This document shows positions 14,091 through 27,005 of a stretch of 64,000 bases of DNA, piece by piece. Where the stretch lies: assembly GCF_009914755.1 (NCBI RefSeq), contig NC_060934.1. One strand, given 5' to 3'. Made by a program: the position numbers and the translations under genes. The DNA is from the human T2T-CHM13v2.0 reference genome, Homo sapiens. The notes under the pieces are model-generated. The model made no database searches. It was not told the DNA's origin and was given only the letters and a program-made list of their open reading frames with translations. Each line of letters starts with the position of its first letter. Position 1 is the first letter of the stretch.

Positions 14091-14435
14091 TGAGTCAAAA
14101 TTTGTATATTTTTATAAGGCTTTTTTATAATAGCTTCTTTCAAACTGTATTTCCCTATTATCTCAGACATTGGATCAGTGAAGATCCTAGGAAAGAGGCT
14201 GTTATTCTCATTTATTTTGCTATACAGGATGTAATAGGTCAGGTATTTGGTTTACTTATATTTAACAATGTCTTATGAATTTTTTTTACTTTATCTGTTA
14301 TACAACTGATTTTACATATCTGTTTGGATTATAGCTAGGATTTGGAGAATAAGTGTGTACAGATCACAAAACATGTATATACATTATTTAGAAAAGATCT
14401 CAAGTCTTTAATTAGAATGTCTCACTTATTTTGTA

Positions 14436-17400
14436 AACATTTTGTGGGTACATAGTACATGTATATATTTACGGGGTATGTGAGATGTTTTGACACAGGC
14501 ATGCAATGTGAAATACGTGTATCATGGAGAATGAGGTATCCATCCCCTCAAGCATTTTTCCTTTGAATTACAGATAATCCAATTACATTCTTTAGATCAT
14601 TTAAAAATATACAAGTAAGTTATTATTGATTATAGTCACTCTATTGTGCTATCAGATAGTAGATCATTCTTTTTATCTTATTTGTTTTTGTACCCATTAA
14701 CCATCCCCACCTCCCCCTGCAACCGTCAGTACCCTTACCAGCCACTGGTAACCATTCTTCTACTCTGTATGCCCATGAGGTCAATTGATTTTATTTTTAG
14801 ATCCCATAAATAAATGAGAACATGCAGTCTTTGTCTTTCTGTGCCTGGCTTATTAACATAGTAATATCCAGTTCCATCCATGTTGTTGCAAATGACAGGA
14901 TTTCATTCTTTTTTTACAGCTGAATGTTTATGTCCCACATTTTTTTATCTAGTCATCTGTTGATGGACACTTAACTTGCTTCCAAATCTTAGCTATGGTA
15001 AACAGTGCTGTAACAAACATAGGTGTGCAGATATCTCTTCTATTTCCTTTCTTTTGGGTACATACCCAGCAGTGGGATTGCTGGACCATATGGTAGTTTT
15101 TTGAGGAAGCTCCAAACTGTTTTTCATAGTGTTTGTACTAATTTACATTCCTACCAACAGTGTACAAGTGTTCCCTTTTCTCTATATCCTCATCAGCATT
15201 TGTTATTGCCTATCTTTTGGATATAAGCCATTTTAACTGGGGTGAGATGATATCTCATTGTAGTTTTGATTTGTGTTCCTCTGATGATCTGTGATGTTGA
15301 TCACCTTTTCACATGCCTATTTGCCATTTTTATGTCTTCTTTTGAGAAATGTCTATTTAAATCTTTTGCCCATGTTTTTTTTTTAGTCAGTTTATTAGAT
15401 GTTTTCCTATAGAGCTGTTTGAACGCTTTACATATTCTGGTTATTAATCCCTTGTTAGAAGGATAGTTTGCAAATGTTTTCTCTCATTCTGTGAGTTGTT
15501 TCTTCACTTTGTTGTTTGTGTTCTTTGCTGTGCAAAAGCTTTAAACTTGAGGTGATCCCATTTGTCCATTTTTGCTTTGGTTGCCTGTGCTTGTGGGGTA
15601 TTGCTCTAGTAGAAGTCTTTGCCTAGGCCAATGTTCTGGAGATTTTCCTCAATGATTTCTTATAGTAGTTTCATAGCCTGAGGTCTTAGATCTACATCTT
15701 AATCCATTTTGATTTGTTTTTTTGTATATGTGAAGAGATAGGGGTCTAGTTTCATTCTTTTACGTGGGGATATTCAGTTTTCTCAGCACCATTTATTAAA
15801 GAGACTGTCTTTTCCCCATTGTTAGTTTTTGGCACCTTTGTGAAAAATGAGTTCACTGTAGTTGTGTGGATTTGTTTCTGGGTTATTCTGTCCCATTGGT
15901 CTATGTGTCTGCTTTTATGTCAGTACCAGGCTGTTTTGGTTACTATAGCTCTATGGTATAATCTGAAGTCAGGTAATGTGATTCCTCCAAGTTTGTCCTT
16001 TTAGCTTAGGATAGTTTTGGCTGTTCTGGGTCTTTAGTGGGTCCATATAAATTGTAGGATTATTTTTTCTATTTCTGTGAAGAATGTAATTGGTATTTTG
16101 ATAGGGATTGCCTTGTAACTGTAGATTGCTTTGGGCAGTATGGACATTTTAACAATACTGATTTGTCCAATCCATGAACATGGAATATTTGTTCATGTTT
16201 TGGGGTCCTCTTCAATTTCCTTCATCAGTGTTTTATAGTTTTCATTATAGATATCTTTCACTTCTTTGGTTAATTTCTAGGTATTTAATTTTATGTGTGG
16301 CTGTTGTAAATGAGATTACTTTTTAAATTTCTTTTTCAAATTGTTTGCTGTTGGCATATAGAAATGCTACTGATTTTTGTACATTGATTTTGTATCCTGC
16401 AACTTTACTAAATTTATCAGTTCTAATAATTTTCTTGTGGTCTCTAGGTTTTTCCGAATATAAGATTATATCATCAGCAAACAAGGATAATTTGACTTCT
16501 TCCTTTTCAAGGATGCCCTTTGTATCTTTTTCTTCTTGGATTGTTCTAGCTAGGACTTCCAGTACTATGTTGAATAGCAGTGGTGAAAGTGGGCATCCTT
16601 TTGTTCCAAATCTTAGAGGAAAGGCTTTCAGTTTTTCCCCATTCAGTATGATACTAGCTGTTGGTCTGTCATATATGGCTTTTATTATGTTGAAGTATGT
16701 TCCATCTATATCTAGCTTTTTGAGGGCTTTTATCATGAAGGGATGTTGAATTTTTTTTGAGGGCTTTTATCATGAAGGGATGTTGAAATGCCCTTTCAAC
16801 ATGAATTGAAATGATCATATGGTTTTTATTCTGCATTCTGTTGATGTGATATAGCATGTTCATTGATTTGTGTATGTTGAACCATCCTTACATCCCAGCA
16901 ATGAATCCCACTTGGTCATGATGAATGATCTTTCTAATGTATTGTTGAATTCAGTTTGCTAGTACTTTGTTGAGGTCATTTTGCATCAATATTCATCAGA
17001 GACATTGGCCTGCAGTTCTCTTTTTGTTGTGTCTTTGTCTATTCTTGGTATCAGGGTAATACTGGCCTTGTAGAATGCATTTGGAAGTATTCCCTCCTCC
17101 TCTGTATTTTGGAATAGTTTGAGTAGGATTGGCATTAGTTCTTCTTTAAATGTTTGGTAGAATTCAGCTGTGAATCCATTGGATCCCGGGGTTTTCTTTA
17201 CTGGGAGGCTTTTTATTACGACTTTGATCTCGTTACTTATTGGTCTGTTCAGATTTTGGATTTCTTCCTGATTCAATCTTGGGTAGGTTTTTTGTATCTA
17301 GGAATTTTGTCCATTTCTTCTAGATTTTTCAATTTACTGACATGTAGTTGCTCATAGTAGCCTCTAATTTCTGTGGTATCAGTTGTATTATCTCCTTTTT

Positions 17401-20400
17401 CATTTCTGATTTTATTTGAATCTTCTCTCTTTTTTTTCTTGGTCTGGCTTAAGGTTTGTCAATTTTGTTTAACTTTTCAAAAACCAACTTTTTGTTTCAT
17501 TGATCTTTTGTATTTTTAATTTCAATTTTGTTTATTTCTGCTCTGATCTTTATTATTTCTTTTCTACTAATTTTGGGTGTGGTTTGCTCTTGCTTTTCTC
17601 GTTCTTTAAGGTGCATTGTTAAATTGTTTATTTGAAGTTTTTCCTGTTTTTTTTGATGTAGGCACTTATAACTATAAATTCCCTGTGAGAACTGCTTTTT
17701 CTATATCCCTTAGGTTTTGGTATGTTGTGTTCCTATTATCATTTGTTTCAAGAAATTGTTCAGTTTCTTTCTTAATTTCTTTATTGACCCACTGGTCATT
17801 CAGGAGCATATTAATTTCCATGTATTTTTACAGTTTCCAAAATTTGTTATTAATTTCTAGTTTTATTCCATTGTAGTCAGAGAGGATGCTTGATGATGTT
17901 TCAATTTTTTTGAATGTGTTAAGGCTTATATTGTGAGCTAAAATGTGGTCTTTGAGAATGCTCCATGTGCCGAAGAAAAAAATATGTATTCTGCAGCTCT
18001 TGGATGAAATGTTCTGTAAATATCTGTTTAATATTAGATCCTTGTGGTCTGTAGTACAGATTAAGTCTGATGTTTCTTTTTTGATTTTCTTTGAAGATCT
18101 GTCCAATGCTGCAAGTGGGGTGTTGAAGTCTCCAGCTATTATTGTATTGGGGCCTATCTTGCTCTTTACTTCTAATGATACTTGCTTTATATATCTGATG
18201 TGCCAGTTTGGATTCATATATATTTACCATTGTTATATCCTCTTGCTTAGTTGATCTCTTTTTCATTATATAATGACTTTGTTCTTTTTTATAGTTATTT
18301 TGTTGAAATTGATTTAGTATGATATAACTGTAGTGACTCCTGCTCTTTTGATTTCCATTGGCATGGAATATATTTTTCCCTCTCTTTCTTTCAGTCTGTG
18401 TGTGTCTTTGTAGGTGAAGTGTGTTTCTTGTAGGTAACATATCAATGGGTCTTGTTTTTTCATGCAGTCAGTCTGTATTTTAGATTGGAGAGTTTAGTTC
18501 ATTTACATTTCATGTTGTTAATGATAAGTAAGGGCTCACTACTGTCATTTTGTTGTTTGTTTTCTGGTCTTCTGTCTTTCTGACTTCCTCTAGTGAAGGT
18601 GATTTTTCTCTGGTGGTAATATTTAATTTCTTCGTTTTTATTTTTTGTGTATTCATTGTATGTTTTTTTTTGGTTTGAGGTTACCATGAAGCTTGCAAAT
18701 ACTATCTTATAACCCATTATTTCAACCTGATAACAGCATTATTTATTTACATAAACAAGCAAAAATAAAACTAATAAAAACTCTACTTTTTAACTTCATA
18801 CCCCTGCTTATTAACTTTTTGTTGTTTCTATTCATATCTTATTGTATTGACTATGTCTTGAGTTGCTGTAGTTGTTATTTTTGATTGGTTTGTCATTTAG
18901 TCTTTCTACTTAGGATAAGAGTAGTTTACACACCATAGGTACAGAGTTATAATGTTCTATGTTTTTCTGTGTACTTATTATTACCAGTGAGATTTGTTTT
19001 TGCAGGGGATTGTTTATTACTCATTAATCTCCTTTTCTTTCTGATTGAAGTACTCCCTTTAGCATTTCTAGTTGGACAGGTCTGGTATTGATGAAATCCC
19101 TCAGCTCTTGTTTGTCTGGGAAAGTCTTTATTTCTTCTTCATGTGTGAAGGATATTTTTGCTGGATATACTATCCAGTATAAAAGTTTTTTCTCTTCAGC
19201 ACTTTAAATATGTCTTGCCACTCTCTCCTGGCTTGTATGATTTCCACTGAAAAGTCTACTGCCAGACATATTGGAGCTCCTTTGTATATTATTTGTTCCT
19301 TTTTTCTTGCTGCTTTTAGAATCCTTTCTTTATCCTTTACCTTTGGGAGTTTTAATTATTAAATGCCTTGAGGTAGTCTTCTTTGAGTTAAATCTGCTTG
19401 ATATTCCATCACCTTTTTGTACTTGGATATTGATATCTTTCTCTAGGTTTAGGAAGTTCTCTGTTATTATCCCTTTGAATTTCTATCCCTCTGCCTCTTC
19501 TTTAAGGCCAGTAACTCTTAGATTTGTCTTTTTGAGGCTGTCTTCTAGATCCTGTTGCCATGCTTCATTGTTTTTTATTTTTTCTTTTGTCTCCTCTGAC
19601 TATATTTTAAATGTTTGTCCTCAAGCTCACTAATTCTTCTGCTTGATGAGTTCTGCTATTAAAGAACTTGGATGCATTCTTCACTATGCCAATTACATTT
19701 TTCAGCTTCAGAGTTTCTACTTGATTTTTAAAAGTTATTTTAATCCCTTTGTTAAATTTATCTTACAGAATTTATCTGAATTCCTTCTCTGTGTTACCTG
19801 GAATTTCTTTGAGTTTCCTCAACACAGTTATTTTGAATTCTCTGTCTGAAAGGTCACGTATCTCTGTTTCTCCAGGATTGGTCCCAGGTGCCTTATTTAG
19901 TTCATTTGTTGACGTCATGCTTTCCTGGATGGTGTTGATGCTAGTAGATATTCTTTGGTGTCTGGGCCTTGAAGAGTTAGGTATTTATTGTATTCACTGT
20001 CTGGGCTCATTTGTATCTGTCCTTTGGTAATGCTTTTCAGATATTTGAAAAGGCTTGGATGTTGTGATCTAAGCTGTATCTACTTTAGGGGGCACCCGAA
20101 GCCCACTAACACTGTGGTTCTTCCAGGCTTATAGCAGTATAGCCTTGCTGGTCTTAGACAAGCCCTGGGAGAATTCTTTGGATTACTAGGCAGAGATTCT
20201 TGTTCCCTTTTCTTATTTTCTCCCAAACATACAGAGTCTGTCTCTATTCTGAACCACTTAGAGCTGGGAGTGGATGACAGAAGCACCCGTGTGGCTACCA
20301 CCACTATGATTGTGCTGGGTCATACCCGAAGCCAGCACAGCACTGGGTCTTGCCCAAGGCCTGCTGTAACCTCTCCCTGGTTACTGCCTATGTTCGCTCA

Positions 20401-21958
20401 AGACCCCAGCATTCTACAGTCATCAAGTGGCAAAGCCAGCCAGGCCTGCGTCCTTCCCATGAAGGCGGTGAGGGCTCCTAAACCCTGGATGGGCCCAGAA
20501 GTATTGTCTGGGAATCAGGGACTCGAGTCAAAAACCTTAGAAATTTACAAGGTATTCTGTTGTACTGTGGCTGAGCCAGCATTCAAACTACATGATGCAA
20601 TCTTTCTCACTCTTTTGTCCCCTTTCCAAAGGGAGCGGAGCCTCACCCCGTAGCCTCACCACCCCCTGCCACAAGGAGTACTGCCAGAGTATCACGGATG
20701 TTCCTTTAAGGCTTAGGGTAGCTTAAGTCAGCTTGTCTTGAACGCTGCCTGGCCTGGGACCCACCCTTGAAGGCAGTGGGCTCCCCTCTGGCCCAGGGCA
20801 GTTCCAGAAATTCCATCCAAATTCTGGAATTGGGGACCCCAAGGGTCCACTTAATGCTGTATCCCACTGTGGCCATGCTGGTACCTAAGGTGCAGGACAA
20901 AGTCCCCTTTACTTTCCCCTGTGCTTTCTCAAGCAGAAGTTTTACCCCATACTCACCAAAGCTGGTTATGTGCTGAGTCTCAACTTGAAGCCAGCAAGCC
21001 TCAAGAGATTCACCCAGGGTCTTCTTGTGGTATCTGGGTATTGCACTGGTTATTCAGGGCCCAAGGGCTCTTCAGTTAGCAGGTGATGAATGTTGGCTGG
21101 GATAGGTCCTTTCTTTGAAGGCATCGGGTTCTCTTCTGTCCCGGGGTGTGTCTAGAAATATCTTCTGGGAGCTAGGGCCTGGAATGGGTGCCTCATGACT
21201 CTGACTAGGGCCCTGTCCTGCTGTGGCTGAGCTGCTATCCAAGATTCAAGACAAAGTCCTCCTCACTCTTTTCTCACTTCTACTCAAGTGGCAGAAAAGG
21301 GTCTGTTTTGGAGCCATGAGCTGTGTAGCCTGGTGTTAGGGGAGGGGTTATGCTAGCATCCCCTTGGCTGCGCCAGATGTCACGTGCCCCTTCTGTCCAG
21401 TGTCTCTGGGCCTAATTTGGCACTAAGACTCTCCCAGGAGTTGCTGTCCTTATGGCCTAGACTTCCTTTCAGGTTTACTTGGAGACACAGAGTCCTGTAG
21501 CTGGCATTGGTGAGGTTTGCAGGAACTCAAGTTCTGACTGCTGATGTTGGTGGTTCCCCTCTGGCTAGGGCTGGTTTGATTGCTTTCTCCATGGGTGGGT
21601 GTCAGTGGAGTTTGGCTCAGCTTTCCTTTCTGCTCTAACAGGACAGCACTGAGTTCAGTGCCTCATAATTTTCTGTGTTCTCCCTTCCTCAGTGCCCAGA
21701 GAAGCTCTCAACACCATGCTGCTGCTGGGGGTGCGGGAAGGGTGGCATAGGTGATTCAGGATTACTTTTTTTTTTTTGTCTCTTCACTGCGTCTTTCAGC
21801 TATATGAAGTTAAAACCAGTTATTATGAGTTCTCACCTGATTTTTGGTTCTAATGAAGGTGTTTTTTTCTGAGTAGATAGTTGATAATTGTTAACTTGGT
21901 ATCCTTATTGGGGGTCGATTGGTGGGGCTTTCTATTTCGCCGTCTTGCTCCACCCCCT
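14436..21958 (-). mobile_element. Near full-length old L1 (L1MA1/2-like) with disrupted ORF1 and ORF2
   Basis: 3' end tttgtgggtacatag; RT (LFADD) and EN (AGDFN) remnants in the ORF track; 5' start reads GGGGGTGGAGCAAGACGGCGAAATAGAA on the - strand. Confidence 0.92.
14809..14814 (+). terminator. Candidate distal polyadenylation signal inside antisense L1
   Basis: AATAAA followed by GT/T-rich gtctttgtctttctgtg at ~14827-14843. Confidence 0.55.
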
Positions 21959-22517
21959 CTTGTCTTTTATTTTTTAATAATACAGTTGGCTTTCTGATTT
22001 TTTTTTCAGGACACAGAAGATTAGACATAGAAAATTAGGAAGAAGAGAGAGCATCTAGAAGCCAAAACAGTGACAGTTAGAAAAGAAATAGAATTTAGAC
22101 CTAGGGGGACATTAGAAATACAGTTTCTTCATTTTACAGACGAGAAAACCCAGAGCCGTAAACTTTACTTAATTCTGCAAGGTCATACAAACAAGATGTA
22201 TTGAGCTGTTGGTTTAAAAAAACACCAATAAGAGACAAAAAACACAAGGTAAATAAAGCAGAAACCTTAAGAATTGTTGCCAACTGGGGCTTTTAAATTT
22301 AAGAACATACATTTATACATCTAAAAGGTTTTATTGAATTTTAGCATTGTTGACTTGATTATTAAAATGATGACCCTGAGTCAGTAAGGCAAGTTATCTT
22401 CGATTCTTGTTTAGGAGCTCTACACATTATATTTAGGGAAATTTTCCATTAAAGTCATTATATCAACACAGCCTTTTAAAAGCATTAAAATGTTTTCATT
22501 ATGCTATCTAGAAAAAC

Positions 22518-22740
22518 ATAGTTGGTCTTCATTATTCATAGATTCTATATTTGTAAATTTGCTGACCTGCTAAAATCTATTTGTAACCCCTAAATTAATG
22601 CAGTGCTTTTGTAGTTGTGGATATGTGCACAGTGGCAAAAATTTGAGGTTCCCAATATGCACATTCCCAGCTGAGATTGAATAAGATAAACACTCTACCT
22701 TCTTGTTTCAGCTATTATACTGTAAATAAGTGTCCCTTTC
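22518..22740. mobile_element. TcMar-Tigger MITE fragment (MER82-like)
   Basis: cattattcatagattctatatttgtaaatttg...tttgtaacccc...cccagctgag. Confidence 0.6.
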
Positions 22741-22905
22741 TAGAATATGCGTTAAAATCAAGCCTTGATCCACAAGGGAGTCAGAATTTGCAGAGTGAGT
22801 CCTGCCAAATTAAAAGGACTTGTGAAACACCTTGAGCTTTTTACAGATCTACACTAACAAAGCATAAAACTAAGCCTACTTAAGTTGAAAGCAACCAGCT
22901 AGTAG

Positions 22906-23286
<381 letters not shown>

Positions 23287-23289
23287 TAA

Positions 23290-24500
23290 AATGTATGGTA
23301 TATAGTCAAAAATTATTAGGTATGGAAAGAAACAGGAAAATCCCACAGTAAAGACAGAAGGCAGTCAAGAAAAAACCTTAACATTGCTTAAATGTTGAAT
23401 TTTGCAAAATCTTTAAAGGAGCTATTATGCACATGTTCAGGGATATAAAGGAAATGCCATCTTAATGAGTAAAGCAATAAGGAAAGAGAAATGGAAAGTA
23501 CAAAGATAAAAACAAATGGAATTGTACAATAGAATGGTAAAATAATGAAATGGAAAATCCACTAGATAAAATTAACCACACATTGGGAGGTGTCACAAGA
23601 AAGTGTCAGTGACCTTGAAGACAGATCAACTGATACAATCTGAATAAAGGAGATTGAAGGGAAAAAACAAGAGCCTTGGGGTCCTGTGGAACAATATCAA
23701 AAGAGCTAACACTTGTAGTTGGAGATTCAGAAGGATAAAATAATGAAAATAAGGCAGGATAAACTATTTGAAGAAATAATGGCCCACAGTTTTTCCAGCT
23801 CCTATGAGGATGTATTGACTTAGAAGCCCTGCAAATCCCAAGTAGGATAAATCCAAATAAAACTGCATTTAGGAAGATTATTGTCAAACTGCTAAAAACC
23901 CCATAAAGAGAATATCTTTTTTTTTGAATTTTATTATTATTATACTTTAAGTTTTAGGGTACATGTGCACAACGTGCAGGTTTGTTACATATGTATACAT
24001 GTGCCATGTTGGTGTGCTGCACCATTAACTCGTCATTTAGCATTAGGTATATCTCCAGCAACCTGAAAAAAACACAACACATTGCATACAAGCTGCTGAC
24101 TGGAAGGAAATATTTTTCGCAATACATTATCAAAAGATTTATGTATAGGAATACATAAGGAACTCCTAAAATTGTAATGAGAACACAGTCCAACGAAAAT
24201 CTCGTAAAAGACTTGAATAGGTGCTTCACTAAAGAAGATACAGGCAATGGTCAGCATGCATATGAAAAGATACTGGAAGTCATTAGTTATCAGGGAAATG
24301 CAAATTAAAGCCATAAGGCGAGGCAAATCTATAGGGAGAAAAGGAAGATTAGGAATTTCCTGGAGGCTGGGGTCAGGATGTGGGATCAAAGGACATGAGA
24401 ACCTTTAGGGAAATGGATCTATCCTATACTTTGATTGTTGGGTATACAGTTAATAAAAATTAAGCTGTCCTTTCGAATTGAGTGAATTTTATTGTATGAC
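23290..24500 (+). mobile_element. Old L1M fragments (ORF1 then ORF2/3' end)
   Basis: A-rich diverged L1 motifs. Confidence 0.65.
23916..24057 (-). mobile_element. Very short L1PA4-like 3' end nested in the old L1M
   Basis: poly-T + tttaagttttagggtacatgtgcacaacgtgcaggtttgttac. Confidence 0.9.
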
Positions 24501-24861
24501 ATTTTACCTCAATAGAAAGCCGAAAAAGGTAATATTTTCTCTCTCTCTCACACACACACACTCTCATGATACTATTCCTTGGAGACTAGAAGCTAAAATT
24601 AGAAAACTGGCATTACCAAGTAAAACTTTCTGGCTTGTAGCACATATTTTTCCCCTTGCTATAGAGTTAATGTTTATTATAAAAAGAGATCATGTTGTGG
24701 GTAAACTTTTAGGCACATCTTTTGACAAAGAATTATAAGATGTGGTGAGTTAGAAATACAATTTATAATTGAAGCATTTTATTAAAGTTCACTTTAGAAT
24801 ACAAGTTTTAATAATTTCAATTGATGAGAAGCAGATTTTGGGACAATATGAAATTCCATAG

Positions 24862-25477
24862 TGTTACGGGTGGAGGGTGTCCAGGTTCCTGGCATATCAA
24901 ACAAAGAATTGGACAAAACAAAAACAAAGTGAGGAAAGAATGAAGCAACAAAAGCAGAGATTTATTGAAAACAAAAGTACACTCCACAGGATGTGAGCAG
25001 GCCCAAGCAAGCGGCCCAAGAGACCAGTTACAGAATTTTCTGGAGTTTACTCTCTAGAGGTTTCCCATTGATTACTTGGTGTACACCCTATGTAAATGAA
25101 GTAGTGGCCCACAATCAGTCTGATTGATTGAGGGAGGGGACCAATCAGAGGCTGAAGTGACAAAGTTACACCATATGCCATCGTCTGATTGGTTGTGGAG
25201 AATGACCAATCAGAGGCTGAAGTGAAGTTACAAAGTTACACTCTATGCAAATGAAGACTTGGCCTGCCACAAGCCTGATTGGTTGCAGAAGGGGACCAAT
25301 CAGAGGTACTTTCAATTTTTTATCTGCCACACAGAAAAAGTGGCGGGGGTTGCAGAAGGAGTAGCCTCTGATCCCTTTGTTACTTGGGCTTGGAAAGTTG
25401 GGGTTTTACTTTTGATTTAGTTCTAGGAAGTCTGAATCGACCTTAGGTTCCCTGCCTCCAGACCCTATTCTACCTCA
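24862..25477 (-). mobile_element. MER51 (ERV1) solo LTR with 4-bp TSD ATAG
   Basis: TG...CA termini, ATAG at 24858-24861 and 25478-25481, CCAAT repeats, MER51-like terminus ccttaggttccctgcctccagaccctattc. Confidence 0.85.
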
Positions 25478-27005
25478 ATAGATGATACTGGAAATGGTGT
25501 ATAAGTTGAATTAATTCTAAATGCCGTGGGGAAGATCATTAGAGGAATCCTGTTGTGAAGCCTTTTGTAAAGGAAATAAATTTTAATTATTAGTAGAATC
25601 ACTTTCTAATCTGTTTTACAAGTTTAAAATTTTATTTTTTTCTTACAGAAGGTTATGTCTGTATATGATTACAAGTCACTTAGCAAATGTTTACCAAAAA
25701 TTGATAAGCACTATCTAAAAACACAAGAGAAGAAAGCCATTTATTTTATATCTAAAAATGGAAATAAGATATGTGCTACTGCATTCTTCTTTCATTATGA
25801 TTTTTTAGTCTTCAGTAGCATTCAAGAGAGATTAAGAATATTAAAGTCAAGAGAATAACTTCAAAGAAATTCAGGAAAATATGATTTATTGGTGGGCATG
25901 TTAAATTATGTTTTATCGCAATGGTTTTTCAGAAAGTTTGTTCATCACTTGGTCCAATTGGTTTTTGTAAAGTCACAGTCCAATATACTGAATATTCTCA
26001 CTGACCTGAATCTCCTATTATCACAGCCCGAAGGAGAAACAATAAATGAGATGTCCTGGTTACCCTAATCTATTATATGAAATTGCACTTCACCTCCTGA
26101 CTGCCTGGCCTTCCTAATCTTGATCTTCCCTTCACTACATTGGATCAAGATAGAAGTGCTTTAGATATTACTTCACCTCTGCTTTCAGCCATCACTACAG
26201 CTGTAATTGCAGCGATTGCAGTTTAATCAAAATGGGCATTTTCTTTCCTCTCCATATATTTTGTAAAGCAGATAGGCTGCAATATGCTTATGCATGAGCA
26301 TATAGGTTGCTTTGACCAAATCCCAAAGTGTGACCAGCTGGGACATTCCATGGGAATTTTTCTTACTTGCTGATTTGATTCCTCAAAGTCCTTCGTTTAT
26401 TATAGGTGACTAACACCTTTGAAAAAATATTTGGCCTCTGTCAGAGTTTTGCATACACATTAAAGTTCCTAGTTTCCCCAAATATTGAATTCACTAAAAA
26501 ACTGTTTATATGTACAGACCAAGAAGTCATTATCTCAAACTGACATTGAATGACAGTCCAAACTCTTAAACTCTCACTAAGCTTCAAACTAGACTACTTC
26601 TTCGCAATATTTATCCCAGTAGCACTATTTGTCATCTGATATATTGTGAAATTATCAATATGATACATAAACTCAGACTGTAACATTAATCAATTTTTCA
26701 AATATTTACTTATTTTCCTCATCACAATATTCTGGTTACCGCCAACAACCTCTTTCAATTCTTTATCGGGTGATAGGGTATAGGAATCATGTCTTTTTTA
26801 CTAATTACCTGATGGTATGGCTGAGCAGATGCTAATACAGCAGCCCTCCAAGCAGTTCTGCACAACCACATCAGAGATATTGGCTTTATTTTAGCGATAG
26901 CATGGTTCCTCTTATCCTCCAACACATGAGAGCTTCAACAAGCATTTATTCTAAATCCTACCCCCGACTCCCTTCCATTAATTAGCCTTCTCTTAGCAGA
27001 AGGCT

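Larger units (their letters stand above)
13941..14835 (+). other. KIF20B: KIF20B 3' UTR (3' end approximate; alternative poly(A) sites likely)
   Basis: AU-rich sequence after the stop; hexamers ATTAAA 14031, AATAAA 14085, AATAAA 14809. Confidence 0.65.

Noticed and set aside
16323-18440. Reverse transcriptase and endonuclease-like ORFs as a novel retroelement system
   Set aside because: Decayed ORF2 of the old L1, with many stops and frameshifts
25110-25310. Spaced direct repeats (ccaatcagaggctgaagtg) resembling a CRISPR-like array
   Set aside because: Intrinsic MER51 LTR U3 repeats; no unique spacers; eukaryotic context
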